DNA of 64,000 bases. Origin: an uncultured delta proteobacterium. Lineage in GTDB: Bacteria > Myxococcota > Kuafuiibacteriia > Kuafuiibacteriales > Kuafuiibacteriaceae. The notes below the pieces were generated by a model. The model saw only the letters and a program-made list of their open reading frames with translations, was not told the origin of the DNA and made no database searches. The stretch covers positions 1,984,001 to 2,048,000 of the forward strand of contig CAWDML010000001.1 in the NCBI GenBank assembly GCA_963803435.1. The letters are read 5' to 3'. Shown here in pieces: positions 33,038-40,843 of the stretch (position 1 is its first letter; every line of letters begins with the position of its first letter). Position numbers and translations under genes: made by a program.

Positions 33038-34324
33038 TCAAAGCGCGCGCGACAGGAGGCTGCGCGCTTCGACGGCGCCAATGGGATCGAACCCCGGCTC
33101 GAGGGCCAGGGCCTCTGCGATCTTCTTCTTGCCGGCCGCGTGCTGGCCGCCGGCGACCATGATCGCCCCCAGGTGATACAGGAGCCGCGCGTCCTTGGTA
33201 CCGAGGCGCGTCGCCCGATCGATGGCGCCGCGCGCCTCTTCGAAGCGACCCGCGCGATACAGCGCCCACGCGTACGCGTCGTACGTGTAGATGTCGCCGC
33301 GGCCGGTCAGCTCCTGCTTCGCCAACGCGAGCGCTCTCTCGGTCTCCTCGTTCCGCGTCGCGTAGAAGAGCGCGAGCGTGCGTCGCTCTGTTCGTCCCAG
33401 CTTGACGACCTTCGAATACGCGAGGGCCGCCTCCTCCGGCTTGCCGGCTGCCATGGCGGCGTCGCCCCAGGTCCAGGCGGTCTCGCCCAGCGCGTACTCC
33501 TCGTACGACCGCGAGGCCAGCGCGCGGGCCTCTTCGGGCCGACCGATCGCCAGCAGCGCGCGCGCCTTCCACACCAGCGCCGGCGCGTAGTCGGGGAGCG
33601 CGGCGAGCGCCTGATCATAGCCCGCGATCGCGCCGGCGTAGTCGCCCTGGTGGTGGAAGATCTTCGCGGCCTCGACCAGCACCCAGGCGAGCGGCTCGTG
33701 ATCGCGCTGATCGCCGCCGGCGTCGATCGCGTGCCGGATCACCGCGATCGCGGTCTTGGTGTCGCCCTGCAGCCAGCGCAGGTAAGACGCGCGCGCGTAC
33801 GAGGGAAGGTTCGGCTTGAGGTCGATCATGTGCTGCGTCGCATCGGCGGAGGCGTTGAAGTCTCCGAGCTCGAGCAGCGCGTCCGCGAGTGTTCCGAGCG
33901 CCATCACGTCGTCGGGATCGTTCGCCAGGATGCGCCGCGCCAGGTCGCGGGCCTCGGCAAACCGATGGTCGTTCATCAACACCATACCCTTGAGGTCGAG
34001 CGCGAGCGCGTTCTCCGGCTTGAGATCGAGCGCGACGTCCGCGCAGGCGTTCGCGTTCGTATAGAAGCCCGGGTCGGTGGCCTGGCGGGCCTTCTGCACC
34101 CAGGCTCGGCCGAGCAGGATCCAGGCGTCGAGCTTCTTTGGCTCCTTCGTGACCGTCGACTGCAGCTCGCGGAGACGCCGATCGATCGCGGCGTCCCCGT
34201 CGACCTTTTGCAGGGCGAGCTGGCGGAGGCCGGTCAGCGGGACTTCGGCGGGGGGTGGTGCGGCATCGCGCGCTTCGTCACACGCGGCTAGGAGGAGCAG
34301 TGTCGCGGCGAGCAGGATCTTCAC
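33038..34324 (-). CDS. TPR lipoprotein (type found beside DUF4331)
   Basis: Lipobox LAAC; TPRs; HRFAEA, DAYAWALY. Confidence 0.85.
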   Translation of the reverse strand: MKILLAATLLLLAACDEARDAAPPPAEVPLTGLRQLALQKVDGDAAIDRRLRELQSTVTKEPKKLDAWILLGRAWVQKARQATDPGFYTNANACADVALDLKPENALALDLKGMVLMNDHRFAEARDLARRILANDPDDVMALGTLADALLELGDFNASADATQHMIDLKPNLPSYARASYLRWLQGDTKTAIAVIRHAIDAGGDQRDHEPLAWVLVEAAKIFHHQGDYAGAIAGYDQALAALPDYAPALVWKARALLAIGRPEEARALASRSYEEYALGETAWTWGDAAMAAGKPEEAALAYSKVVKLGRTERRTLALFYATRNEETERALALAKQELTGRGDIYTYDAYAWALYRAGRFEEARGAIDRATRLGTKDARLLYHLGAIMVAGGQHAAGKKKIAEALALEPGFDPIGAVEARSLLSRAL

Positions 34325-34334
34325 TCGAAGGAAG

Positions 34335-34360
34335 TACGAGCGAGATGCCCGTCGGGATCG
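34335..34360 (-). promoter_or_regulatory. ECF-sigma-type promoter for the TPR gene
   Basis: CGATCC-N16-CGTA, 10 nt upstream of GTG; matches the site at 37482-37507. Confidence 0.6.
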
Positions 34361-34372
34361 GCTTCTGAAAGA

Positions 34373-34412
34373 CCATCGCCCACCGAGTCCCCGTACCCTC
34401 GGTGGGCGATGG
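34373..34412 (-). terminator. Strong hairpin downstream of the DUF4331 gene
   Basis: CCATCGCCCACCGAG..CTCGGTGGGCGATGG, followed by TCTTTC on the minus strand. Confidence 0.6.
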
Positions 34413-34436
34413 CGCGGACACGTAATCCTGCTTTAA

Positions 34437-34986
34437 AAGCCGGTCCAGAAACCGTTCCGTTCGCAGTTTGCTGTTTCGTCGTTCTGTCATTCGCTGTTCG
34501 AACTGGTTGTGCCAAGCGTTCGTGCGCTCGACAACCCAGCGCCGCGGCCTACCGCGGACACAGCCAGCGAGTGCAGGCTCGCCGCGGCGGCGGATATGCG
34601 GTTTGATCCGGCGCGCTCCGCGAAGATCGCGGTGAAGATCCCTGCTGCGCACCATGCCGCGAATCGACTGTGGCACGTCGAACCGGAGCTGAACTCGCGC
34701 GGCAGGGCCTTCCACTGGCACCCTGTCCGAAGGCGATAGACGATACCTGCCATCACGACGCGATCCGCAACCCGCGGGCGACCTCCCCGCGGCCTTGGAC
34801 CTCGCTTCGCGAGTCACGGCTCAATGCGTTTCCACAGGGCGTCCGGAAGACTTGCGAATCTTGCCTGCATCGACTCTGCAGAACACTCGATCGAGCACGA
34901 TGCAACAACGGCCGCTTTGAATAGCAAATGAGCAGAACGAGCGAAACAGGAAACGCGGAACGGTCCGGAGGTTTTCGGACCGGCTC
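34437..34986 (-). mobile_element. Internally deleted IS5-family element (550 bp), flanked by TTAA
   Basis: Ends AAGCCGGTCCAGAAACC / GAGCCGGTCCGAAAACC; remnant LPDALWKRIEP*..LRTGCQWKALP..F and RWVVERTNAW. Confidence 0.85.
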
Positions 34987-35003
34987 TTAACGCTGCTTGC
35001 TAC

Positions 35004-36416
35004 TCACGGGGTCGGAATGCCGTGGCCGTCGTCATAGCCGCGGTGCGGCAAGGGCAGGAACGGCATGTCGGGGAGGAAGTCCCGGTCGTTGTAATCGACG
35101 CCGTCCGAGATGGTGAGCTGCAGCTTGGCCAGGAGCAGCGAGAGGAGGACGTCGGTCACGTCCGCCTGCTCCTGGTTCGGCTGCGCACCGCCGACGAGGG
35201 GGCGGCCGTTCGGGAAGCCCGAGTCGGTCGCCAGGTCCACGCGAAGGACGTCCCCGGTGCTCTCCAGCGTGAAGCTGTGCGCGTCCGGCGTCGGGATGTC
35301 CTTCAGGTTGATGATGTCGAGGATGTCCGTGCGGTTCGACTTGAACGGGGTCGGGTCGACGCCGAGCGCCTGATAGATGCCGACGGCCTCCGCGTCACGG
35401 ACGATGATGGGGTTGAGGAAATACGCGCCGTAGAGGGCCACGTCCTTCTTCGGCTTGGTGCGGTTGTACCGGTCCTTGTCCTGGAGCCCGATGATGGCCT
35501 CGTTCACCAGCGGGAGGCCGAGGCGCGACACCTGGATCCAGGGCCCGAAGTCGAGGTCCTCGCCGATGCCCTTGCGTCGGATCGTCACCTGGCGGCGGCT
35601 CGCCGCACACCAGACCCCGAGCGTGGTGGCGTTGCTGGGCGTGTTGCCCGGCGCCTGGCCGTTCGCGGTGAGCTTGGTGGTCGGGATCTCGAGGACGATC
35701 GAGTGCACGTTGTAGCCGGAGACGCCGTCCTGAGCCACGCCCTTCGGACGCAGGTTCGCCAGGTCGAAGGCCCCGCCGAGATCGACGTAGAAGCCGTCGT
35801 CGCGGGGTCCCGCCCACACGCGTCCCTCCGCGCCCATGTCTTTGATGAAGCTGGCGGCGAACGCGTCGTTGTACTCCGTCTGGCCGGAGGATCCGGCGTA
35901 GAGGAGGCCGAACGTGCGCGGGCCGTAGTTGATGGGCGTGACGGGCACGTCCTGGGCGATCACGGTGCTGCGGCCGTTCTGCACCTTCACCACGCGGTAG
36001 GTCTGCTGCTGGCCGGAGAGCTGCGCGAAGAACTCCTTGCCGCCGCCGACGGCCGCCGACAGATCGGACGGATCGACGCGCTGGAGCCGCGTCGTCTTGA
36101 AGTAGATGAAGTACTGGACCGCATCTCGGAGATCGTCGCCGCGCGTCAGGTGGATCTCGTAGCGGACGTCGTCCGAGAATCGGTGGAAGTTCGGTCCGCC
36201 CGACGGCTCCTCGAGCGGGATGTAGTTGGCCACCACGTAGAGCTTGTCGTGCACGCCGGGCGTGACCCAGGCGTAGACGTCGGTGTTGTCGGCCGCCGGA
36301 TCATCGCTGATCTGCGGGGCTTCGCGGTGGCTGGACGCGGAGGCGGTGCGCGCGGCGAACGCCACGCAGCCGATCCCGAGCAGCGCCGCCAGCTTCTTGG
36401 TCATCGCGGTATTCAT
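35004..36416 (-). CDS. DUF4331 family secreted protein
   Basis: Signal peptide, ASSHREAP, ADNTDVYA, AGPRDDGF, SRLGLPLVNE, GFPNGR. Confidence 0.92.
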   Translation of the reverse strand: MNTAMTKKLAALLGIGCVAFAARTASASSHREAPQISDDPAADNTDVYAWVTPGVHDKLYVVANYIPLEEPSGGPNFHRFSDDVRYEIHLTRGDDLRDAVQYFIYFKTTRLQRVDPSDLSAAVGGGKEFFAQLSGQQQTYRVVKVQNGRSTVIAQDVPVTPINYGPRTFGLLYAGSSGQTEYNDAFAASFIKDMGAEGRVWAGPRDDGFYVDLGGAFDLANLRPKGVAQDGVSGYNVHSIVLEIPTTKLTANGQAPGNTPSNATTLGVWCAASRRQVTIRRKGIGEDLDFGPWIQVSRLGLPLVNEAIIGLQDKDRYNRTKPKKDVALYGAYFLNPIIVRDAEAVGIYQALGVDPTPFKSNRTDILDIINLKDIPTPDAHSFTLESTGDVLRVDLATDSGFPNGRPLVGGAQPNQEQADVTDVLLSLLLAKLQLTISDGVDYNDRDFLPDMPFLPLPHRGYDDGHGIPTP

Positions 36417-36444
36417 GTTCGTTCTCCCTGTCTTCCTTCTCGGC

Positions 36445-37440
36445 TCACCGCTTCGGAATGAAGTAGACGGTGCCGCCCGGCTGGCTCTCGGTGCCGTTCG
36501 AGTCCGCCCAGGCGAAGGCGTCGGCCTGCCGCGCCCGGTGCACGCCGGCGGAGTTCTGGTTCTGTCCGATGTTCTTGTCGAACTCGTCGACGTCGCCGCT
36601 CGCCAGGTCGATCACGTGCACCACACTCGTGCCCTCGTCCTTCTTCAGGCCCGACACGAACAGCTGCTTCTCGTCGAGCGTCAGCGCCACGCCGGCCGGA
36701 TAGCCCACGCGCAGATCCGACTTGAACACCTCCACCACGCCGTTCTTGATGCGGAGGATCGCCGCGTCGTTGTTCTCGGCGGCGACGTCGGCGAGATAGA
36801 TCGTCCCGTCGGAGGCGACCGCGATCCCGCTGGGATCGGCGAGTGGAGCGCCGCTGACGATCGTGGTGAGCGCCGCCCCGCCGGTGTCCATCGAGAAGAC
36901 GGCGGGCGCCTTCGTGGTCGGATCTCGACCGGTGAAGTAGACGAGCTCGTCCCCGTTCTGCTCGAGGACATCCAGGCTCTTCGGCGCGGTGCCCTCGGCC
37001 GCGGTCATGGACACGGGCGTGCCGCCGGCGGTGTCGATCTTGAAGATGCGACCCACCGTGGTGTCCTCCTCGTCGTCCGCGACGTCACCCTCGCTGCCGG
37101 AGTCCACGACGAACACGAACGCGTCGGCGCCGTCGGGCATCACGCCGAACGGCGAGACGAGCGGTGCGCCCACGAAGAGCGGGGCCGGGGTGCCGTTCTC
37201 CGCGGCCACCTTGAAGACCCCCGCGCCGTCGGTGGTGAGCGCAGTGAAGTAGATCATGTCGGCCTGCGACGAGGGCGCGGCGTCGAAGGGCGACCAGAAG
37301 TCGGCGCCCTGAGCCGCAGGCGTCGCGTCGTACGCGGTGGCGGGTGGATTCGGCGGCGTCTCGGTCTTCCCCTTGCAGCCGGCGGCTGCCATTCCCATCA
37401 CGGCCGACAGGCCCAAACGAGAGATCAAGCGACGTGTCAT
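36445..37440 (-). CDS. Beta-propeller (NHL/SMP-30-like) lipoprotein
   Basis: Lipobox AAGC; PFGV, PSGIAVASDGTIYLAD, PAGVALT repeats. Confidence 0.75.
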   Translation of the reverse strand: MTRRLISRLGLSAVMGMAAAGCKGKTETPPNPPATAYDATPAAQGADFWSPFDAAPSSQADMIYFTALTTDGAGVFKVAAENGTPAPLFVGAPLVSPFGVMPDGADAFVFVVDSGSEGDVADDEEDTTVGRIFKIDTAGGTPVSMTAAEGTAPKSLDVLEQNGDELVYFTGRDPTTKAPAVFSMDTGGAALTTIVSGAPLADPSGIAVASDGTIYLADVAAENNDAAILRIKNGVVEVFKSDLRVGYPAGVALTLDEKQLFVSGLKKDEGTSVVHVIDLASGDVDEFDKNIGQNQNSAGVHRARQADAFAWADSNGTESQPGGTVYFIPKR

Positions 37441-37481
37441 GAAGATCCTCCAGAGAGACCAGGCGCGGGTCTCTGGAGCGG

Positions 37482-37507
37482 TACGTCCACACCGCCGTCC
37501 CGGATCA
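37482..37507 (-). promoter_or_regulatory. ECF-sigma-type promoter for the lipoprotein-DUF4331 operon
   Basis: TGATCC-N16-CGTA. Confidence 0.62.
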
Positions 37508-37514
37508 CCGGGTA

Positions 37515-38735
37515 TCAGGCTTCGAGGATCAGGCGGGCCAGCCCGCGGGCGCGATCCGAGTCGACGCGGCGCCCGGACTCCCAGATCAGGTCCTCCAGGG
37601 CGTCACCGTCGGGCGTTTGCGGCTTGGCCTGCGCGAGTCGGGCCCTGGCCCCGGCCGGCGAGAGCCCGAGCTTGCGGCCGAGATCGTGATACACACTTCG
37701 CCCTTCTTCGTGCGCGAGGTGCTCGGGCGATGCGTCGATCCACTCGCTCGACCAGGAGATCGCCTCGGCGATGGCCGTCCGGAGGAGATCGGCACGATCG
37801 CGGTCGAGCAACCCGGCCGCCAGCGCAGCGGCGATGATCTCGTGGCAGGTCTCGGTCTCGACCTCCATCTGACGCCGGAGGCTCATCGGCACGTCGCCGT
37901 CGTCGTCCCCGCCGCTGATCATGTCGGCGAAGGAGCGTCCCGATCCGGCCCAAAAGCCCGACGGATACTTCATCATCCACGCGCCCCCGCCCTGCATCTG
38001 CTGGGTGGAGTCGGCGAGATCGTGGATCACGGATTCGAGCGTGAGCGGCGGCTGCTTCGGGTGGACCATCTTCCTGATCCCGGTCGCCGGATCCACGAAC
38101 TCGGTACCCCACCAGGAGTTCTTGCCGTCGACCAGATCACGGATGAAGCGGCTCGAGCCGAGCCCGTGGTGGATGATGCAGCGATCGATCCGGTCGGCGA
38201 TCTCCATGGAGAAGCCGGCCTTCATCTGCGCGGCGTCCACGATGGCGCGCCGCGTCCGCGAGCCCAGGTGATTGAGCCCCACGATCTGCGCCATCGTCGT
38301 CATGACGGGGACGATCTCGCCCTTTTCGCTCCGGACCGCCCACTCGTCGGTGCGGAGGGGCTCACCGACCGCCTTGTTGAGATCGTGGATGAAGCCGGCG
38401 TTCAGCGCGATCGTCAGGGTCTCCGCAGGGACCCCGGCGGCGATGGCGAAGTGCACCACGTTCTCGTTCTGCGCGCGGACGTGACCTGCGTTCTGCGGAT
38501 CGATCGCGGCGCCCACGCGGTAGTGAATCAGCGTCTCGGTGAGCCGGCGTTGCGCTTCGGCTGACACCAACCCCGGATCGACCAGGCGCCGATCGATCAA
38601 AAGTTCATAGAACTTGGTATTTCGCTTCTGCCATGCCTTGAGCGAATAGTTGATGACGTCGTCGTCGAGGAGTTCGACGATCGCGTTCGCTTCGAACAAC
38701 GGCTTCAGCTCCGACGCGGCAGCGTAACATCTCAC
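37515..38735 (-). CDS. HD-superfamily protein of unknown function
   Basis: H..FIHDLNK..NH..IIHHG..LAD metal-ligand pattern. Confidence 0.6.
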   Translation of the reverse strand: MRCYAAASELKPLFEANAIVELLDDDVINYSLKAWQKRNTKFYELLIDRRLVDPGLVSAEAQRRLTETLIHYRVGAAIDPQNAGHVRAQNENVVHFAIAAGVPAETLTIALNAGFIHDLNKAVGEPLRTDEWAVRSEKGEIVPVMTTMAQIVGLNHLGSRTRRAIVDAAQMKAGFSMEIADRIDRCIIHHGLGSSRFIRDLVDGKNSWWGTEFVDPATGIRKMVHPKQPPLTLESVIHDLADSTQQMQGGGAWMMKYPSGFWAGSGRSFADMISGGDDDGDVPMSLRRQMEVETETCHEIIAAALAAGLLDRDRADLLRTAIAEAISWSSEWIDASPEHLAHEEGRSVYHDLGRKLGLSPAGARARLAQAKPQTPDGDALEDLIWESGRRVDSDRARGLARLILEA

Positions 38736-38831
38736 GCCGCGCTCGTCCCGGAAACGGCCGTGTCCGGTGAGGTACGACGCGCTGCGCCAACTATCAACCG
38801 AAGCGCCGCGGATCTATCGTAGGTCTCGTTC

Positions 38832-39803
38832 ATGGGTCGGCTGGCAGTGGCGCTCACGGCCGGGCTCATCGGGTGGACGCAGGCAGGAACCGCGTCCGGC
38901 GGGGAGCCCGAAGGATTCCAGCGGCTGACGTCGCATCGGCCGCCGTCGATCGATCATCCCGAGTTCGTGCCGGCCTCCCAGGCCCGAATCCCGGACAACG
39001 CCTGGGTGATCGGCGTGTGGATCGACGGCGAGACCCGAGCGTACAGCCAGGATCTGCTCAACGGCTTCGAGGTGGTGAACGACCGCAGCAAGTACTTCGA
39101 CTTCAGCGTGATCTGGAGCCCGGTCGCCAACGCCGCCGTGGTGTTCGAGCGCCGCTACAAGAACCTGACCCTGCGCTTCGAGTCGACCGGCGGCGTGGTC
39201 AACGGCTCGCCGGTGTTGCGCGACAAGGAGACGCGCTCCTACTGGTCCCTGATGAGCGGCGAGGCGATCGCCGGGCCGATGCGAGGGACCAAGCTGAAGC
39301 AGCTCCCGATGGAGCAACGCTGGCAGTGGAGCGATTGGAAGGCCAACCATCCCGAGACGCGCGTGCTCGCGGTCGGCAAGGTGACCCACTGGTACACGGG
39401 CGCGTACGATGAGTACTTCTCGTCGGCCAACGGCTACGATGGCCTCACCACGCAGGACGACCGGCTCCCCACGAAGGCGCCCATCTACGCGTTCCGGCTG
39501 GCCGCCGTGGCGCACGCAATCCCGCACGAAGCGATCGAGGGCGGGCGCGTGTTCGACGTGGAGGGCAGCACTGTGTTCGTCTTCCGCCCGGCCGGCAGCC
39601 CGCCGTTCAAGTCGAGCGTCGGGTTCGCTGGCGCAGGGTTCGAGAGCGTCGACGGCGTGTGGACCGAGACCCAGAGCGGCCGCCGCTTCTCACCCGCCAA
39701 GGAGATGTTCGAGGGCGCCCGCTGCCCCCACGCGCTCGAGGGCTTCGACACGTTCTGGTACGCCTGGAGCCTGAACAACCCGAAGACGGTGGTGGTCCGG
39801 TAG
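38832..39803 (+). CDS. DUF3179 family secreted protein
   Basis: PSIDHPEF, ETRAY, EVVND, DKETRSYWSLMSGEAIAGP, WSDWKANHPET, FWYAW. Confidence 0.85.
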   Translation: MGRLAVALTAGLIGWTQAGTASGGEPEGFQRLTSHRPPSIDHPEFVPASQARIPDNAWVIGVWIDGETRAYSQDLLNGFEVVNDRSKYFDFSVIWSPVANAAVVFERRYKNLTLRFESTGGVVNGSPVLRDKETRSYWSLMSGEAIAGPMRGTKLKQLPMEQRWQWSDWKANHPETRVLAVGKVTHWYTGAYDEYFSSANGYDGLTTQDDRLPTKAPIYAFRLAAVAHAIPHEAIEGGRVFDVEGSTVFVFRPAGSPPFKSSVGFAGAGFESVDGVWTETQSGRRFSPAKEMFEGARCPHALEGFDTFWYAWSLNNPKTVVVR

Positions 39804-39808
39804 CCGCG

Positions 39809-40843
39809 TTACAGCAACGCCAGGGCGAAGAGGGCCCCCGCGCCGCAGATCCACGCGATCCCCACCGGGCGGCGATACTGCGTGCTCCGCTCGCGGAGCA
39901 CCACCGCCAGCGCGACGGCGGCCGCACACAGAGCCACGGCGACCGCGGTCTCGCCCAGCGCGAACGCCAGCCGGTTGGGGAGGTCGACCTTCGGCGCCAT
40001 CACAGCGCCGAACCCGGCGGCCAGCAGCGCTCCCAGGATCGGCTTCCGCCTCGGCATCGGGCCGGCGCGACGTGCGATCAGCTCGAGGCCGATCCACGCG
40101 ACCGCCAGCGCGAACACCAGCGGGTACCAGGCCGGCGGCGGCGAGAGTGGGTGGAGGAGCCCGGCGGCGTGAAAGGCGAGCAGATAGGCGCCGAAGAGGA
40201 GGAACACTTGCTTCGGTCGCTCGAACACCAGCAGCCCCAGCAGGAAGAGGAGCGCCGCCGGCGCGAGGGACGACCGGACGCCGGCGAGCGCGCTGGCGCC
40301 CAGCTCCTGCGCCAGCGACGGCAGCTCGACGTCGAGATCGAACTCCGGTGACACGACGTTGAAGACGTGCTGCGCGGTGGTCTTTCCGGCGAGGAAGGTG
40401 GCGACGGTGACGTGGGGCGGCTCGAGCTCAGGGAGCTGCCGCGACTCGACGTGCACCCGGGCGATGCGCGAAGAGCAGGTCCAGACGGCCCGAACCTCGA
40501 GCTCGCTCACCACGGGAGCGCCGATCCCTCGGACCTCCGGATCGTGTCCGCGGCAGGGGAGCGGCGGGCCCTCCTCCGAGGCAGCCAGCACGGTCTGCGC
40601 GATCGTCTCGCGGCCGAGCACGTCGCGCTTCGCGTTCAGCTCGACCGGCGACAACAGCCCGTCTCCGTTGACGTCCATCTCGGGGATCGCGACCGCGACG
40701 TCATGTCCGGCGAAGTTGATCCTCAGCTCGGCGGTGTGGGATCGAAACGTCCACTCGGCGAAGCTCTTGCTCTTGCCGTGCGCGAGCGCGGACGACGGCA
40801 GGAGCACCGCCGCCAGGATCGAGAGGAGCTGCCTCAACCGCAC
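39809..40843 (-). CDS. HupE/UreJ-like membrane protein with periplasmic N-domain (degenerate)
   Basis: Signal ending ALAH, DVNGDGLL loop, C-terminal TMs LLFLLGLL. Confidence 0.55.
   Translation of the reverse strand: MRLRQLLSILAAVLLPSSALAHGKSKSFAEWTFRSHTAELRINFAGHDVAVAIPEMDVNGDGLLSPVELNAKRDVLGRETIAQTVLAASEEGPPLPCRGHDPEVRGIGAPVVSELEVRAVWTCSSRIARVHVESRQLPELEPPHVTVATFLAGKTTAQHVFNVVSPEFDLDVELPSLAQELGASALAGVRSSLAPAALLFLLGLLVFERPKQVFLLFGAYLLAFHAAGLLHPLSPPPAWYPLVFALAVAWIGLELIARRAGPMPRRKPILGALLAAGFGAVMAPKVDLPNRLAFALGETAVAVALCAAAVALAVVLRERSTQYRRPVGIAWICGAGALFALALL

Noticed and set aside
30217-33081. 954-aa cyclase-kinase fusion in the ORF track
   Set aside because: Artifact of the ~31930 frameshift; the cyclase has its own stop at 31434 overlapping the kinase GTG
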